In this document: in pieces, positions 17,912 to 28,243 of the stretch | How the letters are laid out: the number at the start of each line of letters is the position of its first letter | How positions within the stretch are numbered: position 1 is the stretch's first letter | Notes under the pieces: model-generated | Told to the model about the DNA's origin: nothing | Seen by the model: the letters and a program-made list of their open reading frames with translations, nothing else | Databases searched by the model: none | Assembly (NCBI GenBank): GCA_965200835.1 | Contig: OZ241390.1 | Coordinates: 2,563,286 to 2,627,285 of the forward strand | DNA: 64,000 nucleotides | From: Acidimicrobiia bacterium | GTDB lineage: Bacteria; Actinomycetota; Acidimicrobiia; Spongiisociales; Spongiisociaceae | Direction of reading: 5' to 3' | Position numbers and translations under genes: made by a program

Positions 17912-18015
17912 ATCCAAACCTCGGTGGCTAGCCCAGCCAGGCTACCCACCTATCGCCCGACCCGGAGGTAGCGACCGCTGGTAGATCGGCCGGTACCTTC
18001 CTAGGCTTGCTCGCC

Positions 18016-18849
18016 ATGGTTGCTTCCACCACTCGACCGGTCGCCTTCCTGTCCGACTTCGGGTGGGAGGACGAGTTCGTGGGGGTCGTCCACGGGGTGA
18101 TCGCCACACTGGCGCCGGACTGCCGGGTGATCGACCTCAACCACCGGATCCCGAGGGGGGATGTCCGCTCGGGTGCTCTCGGGCTGCTGCGAGCCATCCA
18201 GTACCTGCCGCCCGGTGTGGTCCTAGCGGTGGTGGACCCGGGGGTGGGAACCGAGCGCCGCCCCGTAGTGGTGGAAACGGGTTGGGGATACATGGTGGGT
18301 CCCGACAACGGCCTCCTGTCGCCGGCCGCCGCCCTGGTCGGAGGAGTGACGCGCGCCTTCGCCATCGAGAACCCCGAGGTGATCCTGCCGTCCCCAGGGC
18401 GGACCTTCGAGGGGCGGGACCGGTTCGCTCCAGCCGCCGCGGTGCTGGCGGCGGGGGAGGCGGAGCCCCACGAGCTGGGTCCCCGGATCGATCCGCACAC
18501 CCTCGAGCCCCTCCTGCTTCCCCTGCCGGAGGTATCGGATGGTCAGGTGGCCGGCCAAGCCTGGTGGGTCGATACCTACGGGAACGTGCAGACCAACATC
18601 TCGCCCGAGAACCTGGCGGAGGCCGGAGTTTCCCCGCATGACCGGGTCACGGTGCGGGTCGGTCTGATGAACTATCAGGTTCCCTGGGTGGGAACCTATG
18701 GAGAGGTGGGGGAGGGGCGCCCGCTCCTGCATGTCGACTCGGCCGGACTGATGGCCCTGGCGGTAAGGGGAGGCCGGGCCGATGAGCACTTCACCCTGTG
18801 CGCTGGAACATCGGTGATCATCGCCGCTACTGGCCCGGCTACAGGCTGA
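18016..18849 (+). CDS. SAM hydroxide adenosyltransferase / SAM hydrolase family protein (DUF62)
   Basis: VAFLSDFG, VVDPGVGT and YGNVQTNI motifs. Confidence 0.8.
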   Translation: MVASTTRPVAFLSDFGWEDEFVGVVHGVIATLAPDCRVIDLNHRIPRGDVRSGALGLLRAIQYLPPGVVLAVVDPGVGTERRPVVVETGWGYMVGPDNGLLSPAAALVGGVTRAFAIENPEVILPSPGRTFEGRDRFAPAAAVLAAGEAEPHELGPRIDPHTLEPLLLPLPEVSDGQVAGQAWWVDTYGNVQTNISPENLAEAGVSPHDRVTVRVGLMNYQVPWVGTYGEVGEGRPLLHVDSAGLMALAVRGGRADEHFTLCAGTSVIIAATGPATG

Positions 18850-18948
18850 GCAGCTGGATCACGAACACGATCCCGGCCAGCCCGATCACTCCGAGCAGGA
18901 CGAGCAGGGTGATGGCGGTTCCGGGCCTCACACCTACTGGCCTACCTG

Positions 18949-19962
18949 CTACCCCGCCAGTGCTTCGGTGGTGTCCTCCTCGGGCACTGCATCACCGCCT
19001 TCTTCCTCGGGTTCGGCGAAGCCGCAGTCGAAGACTGCCTCCTCGACATCCTGGCCTCCGAATACCACCCGCTCGTAGAAGACGACCGCGGCGATCTCGT
19101 CAGGGGTCAACGTCTCCTGGAAGGAAGGCATCTGGCCTCCGGACCCGACCGCAATGGCGGTGTCCCCATAGGTATCCCGGCCGGCATCCTGGAAGCCGGT
19201 AGTGCCGAGTGAGACCCACTCGATGTGGTCCGTACACATTGAGAACGTGGTCAGGACCCCTCCGGCCAGGGCCGGTCCCGAGCCTCCCTCCCCGCCCGCA
19301 CCATGACATGAAGCACAGCTGGATGGCTCGGTGTAGACCACACTTCCAACGCCCACCAGGGCGCGCACATCCACCCCGCCAGCCCCGCCCCCGGCGGAGA
19401 ACTCGGAGCCGTCGCAGTTCTCCACCCCTCCGGTGAGCCGATCCACCGCCAGCTGGCCGCCGGTCCCGCAGCTGGGGCCGTTGGCGAACGTGATCAGATA
19501 GGTCAGGCCGACCAGCGGCACGGCGAAGAACAGCCCCATGAGCCAGCGCGGGATAGCAGCCGCGATCCGCTCGGTCAGCCCGGCGGTGGGGCCGGTGATC
19601 ACCGCTTCGAAGTCGAGGGCATCGGCGATCGTGACCCGCTCGGGTGGTGGCGGCATGGCGGTGACTTCACTGGTCTCCGGCGCCGCGCCGGCATCGTCCA
19701 CGTCCGGAAGGGTCGCCAGGGCGGCCTCGGGAGGGGCTTCAGTGGCCACGATTGGGGACGCCGGCGGAGTAGGCGCAGGGGTGGCGGTCTCCTGGCGATC
19801 CGCAGGAGCTGATCCGGTGGGTGCGACCCCGCCCCCGGCCCAGGCGGCCAGCACGTCCTCCACCGACAGACCATCGGCGGCCGCTCGAGCCTCGGCGGAC
19901 CGCTCCACCAGATGTTCGGGGCTTCCCATCCGGGCAGCTGCGGCGGCTAGCAGCTCGCTCAT
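18949..19962 (-). CDS. Membrane-anchored monohaem cytochrome c (CcoP-like position)
   Basis: ATG at 19962 with GAGGAG upstream. N-terminal soluble module, Ala/Pro linker and one TM helix. CASCH haem site and GGQMPSF. Confidence 0.75.
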   Translation of the reverse strand: MSELLAAAAARMGSPEHLVERSAEARAAADGLSVEDVLAAWAGGGVAPTGSAPADRQETATPAPTPPASPIVATEAPPEAALATLPDVDDAGAAPETSEVTAMPPPPERVTIADALDFEAVITGPTAGLTERIAAAIPRWLMGLFFAVPLVGLTYLITFANGPSCGTGGQLAVDRLTGGVENCDGSEFSAGGGAGGVDVRALVGVGSVVYTEPSSCASCHGAGGEGGSGPALAGGVLTTFSMCTDHIEWVSLGTTGFQDAGRDTYGDTAIAVGSGGQMPSFQETLTPDEIAAVVFYERVVFGGQDVEEAVFDCGFAEPEEEGGDAVPEEDTTEALAG

Positions 19963-19999
19963 CGGATCTCCTCGTAGCTCGTGGCCATTCCCGGATACC

Positions 20000-20818
20000 T
20001 CATAGTGACTCGGCCAGATAGTTAGCCAGCGCGTCGAGGTCCTGCTGCGACAGGTGAGCATAGGACGGATGGATACCGTCGGGGAAGATCTGTTCCGGGT
20101 TGATGAGGAATGCAACGAACTCGCCGTCGGTCACCGGATCGTCGGGGTCTCCATACGATGGGCGAGCGCCGATGTGGGCCAGGTCCGGGCCGATCCGCTG
20201 CACCCCGAAAGTTCCTGCGCCCAGGGCGTCCGAGAACGTCTCGGTGACCGGCCCCAGGCCGACATCGGCCAGCACCGGCCGCACCAGCTGGGTGTGGCAG
20301 TAGCCGCAGCCCTGGTTCAGATAGACGGCCCGGCCCGCCTCGCCCAGCTCGCTCAGCGAGGCGTCCGGAACGAGATGGCGGTAGTCGCCTCCGGTGTTGA
20401 ACGGTCCGATCAGCGCGATGATCAGGCCAAGCAGGAAGAAACCGGCCATCATCAGCCAGGTCCGTAACGGATGGAACCTGCGGCCCTCCAGGATGGGAGT
20501 TGCCTTGCTACGGGACGGGGTCACCACCACCGGTGGGCTGGCTGCAGGAGGAAGGGTGGCCACGGCCGTGGCGGCCGCGAGGGCCGGGGCGGTCACCCCG
20601 GGAACGGCCGGAGCCGGTCCCGGGTCCGCAACCTGGGAGGCCGGCTTCTCGACGGCCGCGGGAGCAGCTGCGGCGGGAGGGGGTGCCCCGCCGGTCCAAG
20701 CGCTCAGGATCGCTTCGTAGCTGGTGCCGTCGGCCTCCGCGCGGGCCTCAGCCGATCGCTCCACCAGATGCTCGGGCGCGCCGAGAGCGGCCGCGGCTGC
20801 GGCCAGAAGATCACTCAT
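20000..20818 (-). CDS. CcoO (FixO)-like monohaem cytochrome c subunit
   Basis: GRAVYLNQGCGYCHTQLVRP, QRIGPDLAHIGAR and NPEQIFPDGIHPSY are colinear with the CcoO signature. It carries an extra N-terminal module. Confidence 0.7.
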   Translation of the reverse strand: MSDLLAAAAAALGAPEHLVERSAEARAEADGTSYEAILSAWTGGAPPPAAAAPAAVEKPASQVADPGPAPAVPGVTAPALAAATAVATLPPAASPPVVVTPSRSKATPILEGRRFHPLRTWLMMAGFFLLGLIIALIGPFNTGGDYRHLVPDASLSELGEAGRAVYLNQGCGYCHTQLVRPVLADVGLGPVTETFSDALGAGTFGVQRIGPDLAHIGARPSYGDPDDPVTDGEFVAFLINPEQIFPDGIHPSYAHLSQQDLDALANYLAESL

Positions 20819-22268
20819 CCCCGGACTCCGATCGGTCGGTGCTGGACACCGGCAACAATATCTCCACCGCCCTGGCAGGGCCGGCCACGTAAGTTCCCAC
20901 CGCGGTCCAGGCCAGCAGGGCTATTCCGGTGGCAGCTACCACCGCGCCGAGTGCGGCGATCGTGAAAAGCACATCCACTCCGGCGAGGGTCTCGGAGAAG
21001 CCGGTCCCGGCATTGGCGCGGGCACCCGAGGCGCGAGCCCAGTTCCAGGTGAGGCCGGTCACCAGGCCGGTGATCGACAGAGCACCAGCCGCCGTGCCTC
21101 CGCCCCACAGGGTGAGACGAAGGCCCCGCTGGGCGGTGTCAGTTGCGGCGAGCTCGCGTCCCGTGGTGCGCGGGAAAGCGTAGAACACCAGACCGAGCCC
21201 GAGGATCGGGATCGCCACCAGCATCGAGCCGGTAGCCAGCCCGTCGTACCAGGTGGTGAGACCGACCACTGCCGCCACCGACCGGAAGCCGGAGGCGCCC
21301 ATCAGGAGGGTCACGAGGGCATAGGCGACCGTGCCGGCCAGGATCATCCTGGTTATCAGGCTCTCGCCGGTGGTCTCCCACTCACCCGATACGGTAAGCC
21401 AGATATTGGTCAGCACTGTCAGGGCCGATAGGGCCAGTCCCATGGAGGCCATGACCACCACGCTCTCCGTCCAGTCGGGTGCCGGGCCTCCCAGAAAGCG
21501 AGCCGGAGCAGCGAGCAGGCCAGCCCCGGCCAGGGTCCAGAACCCTGCCCTGGCCATCGGTCCGGAGAAGAGAGGCCGGCCACTCTCCTTCACCACCACG
21601 TAATAGGCGCCTGCGAGCGCGGCGGCCGGGAAGGCCAGCACCAGCATCCCGCCGGATACCAGGCTGGTCTGCAGGAACCCTCCGATGTTGGGCAGGCCAG
21701 GAAGGCTGCCGGTGATGTAGAGCGCCGGATACCACCAGACCCCCCCGATGACGTACAGGAGGGAGACATAGGTCCCCGCTTCGGTGCGCTCCCTGATCAT
21801 GGCGGTCACCAGCAAGGCCGGTACCACGGACGCAGCGGCCAACGGCCAGTCCAGCAGGGGGGGGAACTCGGCCAGTTCCGGTCCCGCCGGACCGCGGAAC
21901 AAAATAACGAGCACTCCGAGCAACACCAGCGCGCCGTATCCCGCCCCGGACAGCAGGGCGATGTGCTGGTGCCTGAGGGGAGCGCCCACCAGCCGGGGAG
22001 TCAGGTAGTAAGCGGCAGCCTGGGTAAGCGTTCCTCCGAATCCGTAAACCAGCAGGGACACGGCCGCCGGTCGCAGGCGCCCATAGGACAGGAAGGTGGT
22101 GTCGGCGAAAAGGGTGGGTACCGCGAGCTTGATCAGCATCACGGAGAACAGCACCGCGCCGATCATCAGGAGGAGGCAGGCGATCATCATGAGGCCGGCC
22201 ACCGCCGTCTCGCGGTGGTCTGCACCTATCCCGTTGCCGGATGTGCCGGCGGTCCGGTCCTCAGCCAA
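20811..22268 (-). CDS. CcoN-like haem-copper-oxidase subunit I homologue lacking the canonical His ligands
   Basis: About 12 TM helices. SYGRLRPAAVSLLVYGFGG, VWWYPALY, YYVVVKESGRPLF and PDWTESV are colinear with cbb3 CcoN. The protein has only 3 His in total. Its stop overlaps the CcoO-like start. Confidence 0.65.
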   Translation of the reverse strand: MAEDRTAGTSGNGIGADHRETAVAGLMMIACLLLMIGAVLFSVMLIKLAVPTLFADTTFLSYGRLRPAAVSLLVYGFGGTLTQAAAYYLTPRLVGAPLRHQHIALLSGAGYGALVLLGVLVILFRGPAGPELAEFPPLLDWPLAAASVVPALLVTAMIRERTEAGTYVSLLYVIGGVWWYPALYITGSLPGLPNIGGFLQTSLVSGGMLVLAFPAAALAGAYYVVVKESGRPLFSGPMARAGFWTLAGAGLLAAPARFLGGPAPDWTESVVVMASMGLALSALTVLTNIWLTVSGEWETTGESLITRMILAGTVAYALVTLLMGASGFRSVAAVVGLTTWYDGLATGSMLVAIPILGLGLVFYAFPRTTGRELAATDTAQRGLRLTLWGGGTAAGALSITGLVTGLTWNWARASGARANAGTGFSETLAGVDVLFTIAALGAVVAATGIALLAWTAVGTYVAGPARAVEILLPVSSTDRSESGDE

Positions 22269-22524
22269 GCCGTTCGCTCCTCGTGTCTGCGCCGATTCCG
22301 TAAGGGTAGATTAACGGCCCGGCGGTAGTCCTCATTCCGGTTGGCGGCTCTGCCACCCCGCGTGAGGACTGGTCGACCCTCTCGTTACCCCAGGCTCCTG
22401 GCATCCGGCGGTATTCTGGCAGCGTCCCGCCGGAGGGATGGCGGGTTTAGCGAGTCACTGCCTTTATGCTTCAATGCGGCTTACCCGGCGGCCCGATGGC
22501 GGCGACACGGAGGCGAACTACCGG

Positions 22525-23298
22525 ATGGTGCAACGCAAGCTTCGGCAGATGAGCGGTCAGCAGCGCGCGCTGGCTGGCTGGGGTCTGTTCCTCCTAGGTC
22601 TGGGAGCCCTGGTGGTGGGGGTGTGGTTCAACCACTACTCGAACTTTCCCTCGGTGGAGACGGTCACCATCGCCACGGACGAGGCGGCCACCATGCAGGC
22701 CGGGGATCGGATCAGGTACGACCGGGAGCTCCGGACGGTGGCCCGGACTCCTTCAGTCGATCCCACCCTTCCCCAGGTGCCGGTCGATCTGGCGGTGGAC
22801 GTCGACGTATTCGGGTGGGTGCCCCGGGATTGTCTGGTGCGGGGCGGCGACTGGTGCCTGCCGTGGTCCACCCTGGGTCATCTGGTAGCACTAGGAGGTA
22901 GCCAGCTGATGCTGCTGGGGGTGGCCATCGCGGTCATTCTCGGCAGGAGGATGACCTGGTCACTGGCGGCGCTGGCTGCGTTCCTGGCGATGCTCGAGCT
23001 GGTGCTGCTGCTCGGTAACGTGGCTTCGGAGTGGCTCAACCTCGCTCAGGGACCGCTCAATTGGACCGAGCAGAACGACGCCTTCGGGATCTGGCCCCCC
23101 CTGGTGCTGGGTAACCAGGTCGGGATCAGCTGGGGGGCCATAAAGGACTTCGTGTCGATCAACTACAACATGGGCGCCCTGACCTTTATCATCCTGTTCG
23201 CTCGCTGGATCCAGAGTTTCAGCGGGTCGATGCCGGCCGAGAGGCCGTCCGAGCTGAAGTCCCCCTACGGGCGACCGCTGGTCAAAGGAGTCAAGTAG
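22525..23298 (+). CDS. Hypothetical membrane protein, first gene of the cytochrome bc operon
   Basis: ATG at 22525 with GGAGG upstream. Several TM helices. Its stop abuts the ferredoxin ATG. Confidence 0.5.
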   Translation: MVQRKLRQMSGQQRALAGWGLFLLGLGALVVGVWFNHYSNFPSVETVTIATDEAATMQAGDRIRYDRELRTVARTPSVDPTLPQVPVDLAVDVDVFGWVPRDCLVRGGDWCLPWSTLGHLVALGGSQLMLLGVAIAVILGRRMTWSLAALAAFLAMLELVLLLGNVASEWLNLAQGPLNWTEQNDAFGIWPPLVLGNQVGISWGAIKDFVSINYNMGALTFIILFARWIQSFSGSMPAERPSELKSPYGRPLVKGVK

Positions 23299-23754
23299 AT
23301 GCCCAAGTCGGAGGTGTGGTTCGAAACCCCGCCGTTCCGGGACGACTACCAGCTGGCGATGGTCGAGACCAGTTACGTCCAGAGCCAGGTCCGTCCCAAG
23401 CAGTTCCTCCACATCAATCAGGCCGAGTGCATCCTGTGCGAGGGTTGCGTGGACATCTGCCCGTGGAAGTGCATCCACTACCTGTCCCTGGACGCCATAG
23501 ACGAGGCCCACGGAGTCGACCACCCGGAGGACAGCCCGGACAACGTGGGGTTCTTCGTGGTCGACGAATACGAATGCACCCGCTGCGCGCTCTGTATCGA
23601 TCGCTGCCCCACCAACGTCATTTCCCTCGGCAAGTTCACGGGATCGGTCAGCGACACGGCCATGAACGCCGGGCTGGTGGATCAGGCACCTTGGGACTTG
23701 GACACCGGGGATCGGGATTTCAAGAACGGCTACACCTACGGCATGCGCTGGTAA
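23299..23754 (+). CDS. 2x[4Fe-4S] ferredoxin-domain protein
   Basis: [12 protein letters not shown] and [12 protein letters not shown] cluster motifs. Confidence 0.8.
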   Translation: MPKSEVWFETPPFRDDYQLAMVETSYVQSQVRPKQFLHINQAECILCEGCVDICPWKCIHYLSLDAIDEAHGVDHPEDSPDNVGFFVVDEYECTRCALCIDRCPTNVISLGKFTGSVSDTAMNAGLVDQAPWDLDTGDRDFKNGYTYGMRW

Positions 23755-23767
23755 CGGAGGCTTTTCG

Positions 23768-24541
23768 ATGGCGTTGGGGAATGGATTGAAGCTCAAGGAA
23801 CGGGTGGCCGAGGCGGCCGACGCCTTCCGGGGTAGTGCCTTCTGGGAGTCGATGTTCCGTCCCGGCTCTCCCTTCAAGCGAGGCTACAGCGATAGTCCCA
23901 GGAACCGTTCCTACGTGATCATGAACAACGTTCTCTATCACCTGCACCCGGTGAAGGTCAAGCGGCACGCGGTGCGCCTGTCCTACACCCTGTGCCTGGG
24001 CGGTCTCAGTTTCTTCCTGTTCATCCTGCTTACCATCACCGGCATCTTCCTGATGTTCTATTACCGGCCCACCGCCCCGGCCGCCTACATAGACGTCGAG
24101 GCCCTGTCCACTTCGGTCGCCTTCGGGTCCCTGGTCCGAAACCTCCATCGCTGGGGCGCCCACTTGATGGTGTTGACCGTCTTCCTGCATATGTCCCGGG
24201 TCTTCTATCACGGCGCCTACAAGCCGCCCCGCGAGTTCAACTGGGTGGTCGGGGTAGTCCTGTTACTGCTGACCCTCCTGTTGTCCTTCACCGGTTACCT
24301 GCTGCCCTGGGATCAGCTGGCGCTGTGGGCGGTGACCGTCGGTACCAATATGGCCGGATTCACCCCAGTGTTCGGCAACCAGGTGAAGTTCGCCCTATTG
24401 GGGGGGATCGAGGTGACCGGCAATACCCTGCTGCGTTTCTATGTCCTGCACGTGCTGTTCCTGCCGTTCGTGATCGTGATCTTCATGGCCGTTCACTTCT
24501 GGAGGGTGCGTAAGGACGGCGGAATATCGGGCCCGCTCTAG
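23768..24541 (+). CDS. Cytochrome b6-like subunit (N-terminal half of cytochrome b)
   Basis: Four His in two helix pairs ([20 protein letters not shown] and [23 protein letters not shown]). PWDQLALWA motif. Confidence 0.85.
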   Translation: MALGNGLKLKERVAEAADAFRGSAFWESMFRPGSPFKRGYSDSPRNRSYVIMNNVLYHLHPVKVKRHAVRLSYTLCLGGLSFFLFILLTITGIFLMFYYRPTAPAAYIDVEALSTSVAFGSLVRNLHRWGAHLMVLTVFLHMSRVFYHGAYKPPREFNWVVGVVLLLLTLLLSFTGYLLPWDQLALWAVTVGTNMAGFTPVFGNQVKFALLGGIEVTGNTLLRFYVLHVLFLPFVIVIFMAVHFWRVRKDGGISGPL

Positions 24542-24557
24542 GAACGGTCGAGGATCG

Positions 24558-25460
24558 ATGGTCGAGATACCGGAACATTTGCTGAGGCGCTCGGCGGAGG
24601 CGAAGGCACGCGCCCTCGGGGTGCCTGTGGAGCAGGTGCTGGCCGAGATGCAGGGTGAGGTGGCCTCGTCCCGGCCCCCGGCGGCTCCCCCGCCGCGCCC
24701 GGTGGTCACCCCTCCGGTGCCGGTGGCCGAGGAACCACCCCCGGAGGCCCGCCCCGAGCCGGCCGCCCCAGCCCCCGAGGCCCCGGTTCCCGTGACCGCC
24801 GAGCTACCAGCGGCCGCTACCGAAGCCTCGGTTGCGGCGGCCACCACCGTGGCTCCGCCCGTGGCCGACAACGGCGCCGGGGCAGCGACCTCGGTGTCAC
24901 CCCGCCCGGTAGCCCCTCCCCAGGAGATTCCGGAGGGAGTGAGGCCGCAGCGCTTGCTCACGGTGGTGAAGGCGAAGGCCATCCAGCAGGTGAAGGCCAC
25001 CCCCACCGACAAGGTGAATACCTGGCCGCATCTGATGATCGCCGAGTTCACCGCCCTGATGGTGGTCACCGCCGTCCTGATCATCCTGTCGGTCATCCTC
25101 CAGGCACCCCTTCTGGAGCTGGCCAACTTCAACGCCACGCCCAACCCGTCGAAGGCGCCCTGGTACTTCCTCGGTCTCCAGGAGCTGCTGTCCTATTACG
25201 ATCCGCAGATAGCCGGGGTCATCATCCCCACCATCACCGGACTGCTCGGGTTCATGGCAATTCCCTACGTGGATCGCAACCCCTCCACCAAGCCATCCGA
25301 TCGGAAGTTCGCCATAATGCTGTTCACGCTGTTCCTGGCCGGCTCGGCGACCCTGACCCTGCTGGGAACCCTGTTCAGAGGCCCGGGCTTCAACTTCACC
25401 TACCCCTGGGCCGACGGGATCTGGTTCGACGACTTGAAGGACTGGGTGCATTTCGAATGA
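24558..25460 (+). CDS. Cytochrome bc subunit IV-like protein (C-terminal half of cytochrome b) with N-terminal extension
   Basis: [15 protein letters not shown] corresponds to the PEWY region. Three TM helices. A ~130-aa N-terminal soluble, Ala/Pro-rich extension. Confidence 0.8.
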   Translation: MVEIPEHLLRRSAEAKARALGVPVEQVLAEMQGEVASSRPPAAPPPRPVVTPPVPVAEEPPPEARPEPAAPAPEAPVPVTAELPAAATEASVAAATTVAPPVADNGAGAATSVSPRPVAPPQEIPEGVRPQRLLTVVKAKAIQQVKATPTDKVNTWPHLMIAEFTALMVVTAVLIILSVILQAPLLELANFNATPNPSKAPWYFLGLQELLSYYDPQIAGVIIPTITGLLGFMAIPYVDRNPSTKPSDRKFAIMLFTLFLAGSATLTLLGTLFRGPGFNFTYPWADGIWFDDLKDWVHFE

Positions 25461-26371
25461 CCTACCTGCAGTTGCTCATCGTGGGGATCTCGGTCGTGGT
25501 GGTGTTCGGCGTGCTGGGTGCCTTCATGATCGCCTACCGCCGGAGCGGCACGCCCGGGCCGGCGCGCCCCTCCCGTTCATGGAGAAAGTCGGTCTCGCGG
25601 GAGACCCGCAAGGCGGACCGATCGGAGGCCCCGTCGAGGACGGTCGTCAAGGAGGCGCCGGCTCCCGAGCCGTTTCCTACCGAGGAGGATGCCACTCGGG
25701 TTCCGGAGGTCCTACCTGTTCCGGCAGAGCCTGCTCCGGTGCAGGTGGCCGAGGTGGTCCGGTTCGAGGAACTCTCGCCCCAGGAGGCGGGTGTCAACCG
25801 CCGTATGTTCCTGACCAGGGCGCTCGGCATCACCTTCGGTGGTTTCCTGGGGCTGAACGGTATCGCCTACCTGGGATTCCTTTGGCCTCGCCTATCGGGC
25901 GGTTTCGGGTCCGACATCGATGTGGGGGCGGTGGCCGACATCCGGGCGGAGGTGGTGCTGAACGACGGCTCCATCCTCCCCAAGTTCGTGCCCGAGGCAC
26001 GGGCCTACATAGTGCCCTTCGCCGAATCCGACCTGTCCCGCTCACAGTTCGAGGGCCTGCCGGTGGTGGCCGGAGGACTTTCCGCCATCTTCCAGCGGTG
26101 CGTGCATCTCGGATGCCGGGTTCCCTGGTGCGAGACCTCCCAGGGGTTCGAGTGTCCCTGCCATGGTTCCAAGTACAACTACGCGGGGGAGTACGAGGCC
26201 GGACCTGCTCCCCGCAACCTGGATCGGTTCGAAGTAGCCGACGAGAACGGGCGTATGATCGTGAGGACTGGGGAGATCTTCCAGACCCCCCGGGCCATCG
26301 CCAAGACCGTTCCCTACCCGCAGGGTCCCTCCTGCATCGCCCTGACCACTACCGACGAAGCTGAGGCGTAA
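25457..26371 (+). CDS. Rieske [2Fe-2S] subunit
   Basis: CVHLGC and CPCHGS boxes. N-terminal TM helix. Confidence 0.85.
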   Translation: MTYLQLLIVGISVVVVFGVLGAFMIAYRRSGTPGPARPSRSWRKSVSRETRKADRSEAPSRTVVKEAPAPEPFPTEEDATRVPEVLPVPAEPAPVQVAEVVRFEELSPQEAGVNRRMFLTRALGITFGGFLGLNGIAYLGFLWPRLSGGFGSDIDVGAVADIRAEVVLNDGSILPKFVPEARAYIVPFAESDLSRSQFEGLPVVAGGLSAIFQRCVHLGCRVPWCETSQGFECPCHGSKYNYAGEYEAGPAPRNLDRFEVADENGRMIVRTGEIFQTPRAIAKTVPYPQGPSCIALTTTDEAEA

Positions 26372-26374
26372 CCG

Positions 26375-27844
26375 GTGGCCACCCTGGTAATCACCCTTGT
26401 CGCGCTGGGGGCGATCGGCTGGTTCGCCTATCTGGTGGGCTCCGGTTCACGGCGAGATCGCAAGGATCCGGTACCGGCCAACCTGTCGGTCTCCCAGACC
26501 GACGACGAGATGGAGACCAAGCGTCTCGACCGGGCCCTGGTGAGCGCGGTGCTGAGCGCGGCCTTCCTCACCCTGGCCATGCCGATCTACTACCTCACCG
26601 AGCTGGATCGCCAGGAGGGGTTTGTGGAGGAGTTCAGCCACGCTTCGGTGGAGCGGGGTCACGAGGTATGGGACGAGTTCGGCTGCGGTGACTGTCACGG
26701 GACGATCGGTGGCGGCGGGGTGGCCGCCTTCCTGGAGGAGCGTTCCCAGGTGGATGTGCCGGGCTGGGCCGCTCCCACACTGGATGACATCTTCTACCGC
26801 TATGACCGAGACGAGGTCCGGTTCTGGATCGCCTATGGCCGGGCCAACACCCCCATGCCGCCTTGGGGCCTGGAGGGAGGAGGGCCTCTGAACAGCCAGC
26901 AGATCGATGATCTGCTCAACTACATCCACTCCTTCGAGGTCGACCAGACCACCGCGCTGCTGAGGATCGAGGGTCTGGTGAACGGAGCGGTCAATCGGAG
27001 GGCCGGGGCAGCCGAAACAGTGGCAGCCCAGGTTTCCGAACAGCAGGAGCTGATCGAGACCATCCGCACCTCGGGAACGTCCTCCGAGGAGGTGGGCGAA
27101 ATTGCCGAGCGGGCCCGTGACCTGCTGGACGGGGCCGGATTGGGGATCGACACCGACGGTGATGGACTGTCCGACGTGGCCGAGACCGGGCTGACCGCCG
27201 TGCTCCAGCAAGCTTTTCTCACCGGCTATGTGGTTACCGAGCTGTCCTTCGATCCCCGTAACGCCGAAACTCTCATCGGCATCAGCGACGCCCGTTCCGC
27301 GGCCCGGGCGGTGGGTGACCTGGAGTCGACCGCCACCTCGCTCAGCATCACTTTCCAGAACCAGGAGGGCCTGATGGACCAGGCCCGGTTCGGGCTCCAG
27401 TTCCTGGAGGACGCCGCTCGCAACGAACGGTGGGTAGTGGACACCGACCGGGTGGCCCAGGCTACGTTCGAGGGTGATATCGACTCAGCTACTAGAGCGG
27501 TGAGCCTGTACGACGCCTACTGCGCTCGTTGCCACACCGCTGGATACTCGGCCGGAGCGGCCTTCCAGCAGGTACAGGCGTCGGGTGGTCTCGGTCCATC
27601 CTTGCGCGATGGCCGCTCTCTCACCCAGTTCCTCACCCATGAAGACATGTACAGCTTCGTGTCCACCGGCTCGGTTTCGGGAGTGGGTTATGGGGTCAAC
27701 GGAGTGGGCTCGGGCCGCATGCCGGGCTTCGGTATGGTGCTCTCCGCCGAAGATCTGGACCTGATAATCCGGTACCTGCGCGGTCCCACCCTCGATGGCC
27801 AGGACTACGTGTCCGGAAGCGAACCCGAGCAGGGGGAGGGATAG
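26375..27844 (+). CDS. Dihaem cytochrome c (QcrC-like)
   Basis: GTG start. CGDCH and CARCH haem sites. GRMPGF. N-terminal TM helix. Confidence 0.8.
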   Translation: MATLVITLVALGAIGWFAYLVGSGSRRDRKDPVPANLSVSQTDDEMETKRLDRALVSAVLSAAFLTLAMPIYYLTELDRQEGFVEEFSHASVERGHEVWDEFGCGDCHGTIGGGGVAAFLEERSQVDVPGWAAPTLDDIFYRYDRDEVRFWIAYGRANTPMPPWGLEGGGPLNSQQIDDLLNYIHSFEVDQTTALLRIEGLVNGAVNRRAGAAETVAAQVSEQQELIETIRTSGTSSEEVGEIAERARDLLDGAGLGIDTDGDGLSDVAETGLTAVLQQAFLTGYVVTELSFDPRNAETLIGISDARSAARAVGDLESTATSLSITFQNQEGLMDQARFGLQFLEDAARNERWVVDTDRVAQATFEGDIDSATRAVSLYDAYCARCHTAGYSAGAAFQQVQASGGLGPSLRDGRSLTQFLTHEDMYSFVSTGSVSGVGYGVNGVGSGRMPGFGMVLSAEDLDLIIRYLRGPTLDGQDYVSGSEPEQGEG

Positions 27845-28197
27845 TGCGAGAGCTGTTCAGAGCCCTTCTTTCCCAGAACCTGCTGTTCACCGGGATCGTG
27901 CTCACCCTGGCGGCCGTGCTGGTGTTCTTCGGCAGCGTCTACCTTCTGCAGTACACCAATCTGGGCAAGCGGCTGGCCATCCTGGTGTCGGGGGCCGGTA
28001 TCTTCGGCTGGACCACCATCAACTCGCTTCTCTTCGTGCTCTATGCCCCGCGGGGACCCCGGCCGGTCGACTTCGAAGGGTTGAACGCGTTCGAGATCAG
28101 GATCATCCCGGGCGCCTTCACGGCCGCATCCGCCATCCTCTTCGCCATGTTCCTGGTAGCGCTGCATCGTTACGAACGGGACCAGGAACGGGAGTGA
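27844..28197 (+). CDS. Small three-helix membrane protein, last gene of the bc operon
   Basis: Its GTG shares 1 nt with the upstream TAG. Three hydrophobic segments. Confidence 0.5.
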   Translation: MRELFRALLSQNLLFTGIVLTLAAVLVFFGSVYLLQYTNLGKRLAILVSGAGIFGWTTINSLLFVLYAPRGPRPVDFEGLNAFEIRIIPGAFTAASAILFAMFLVALHRYERDQERE

Positions 28198-28243
28198 AGC
28201 GGCTGGCTCGTGCCGGCCGACTAAGCCTCCCCATGCCGCAGTC

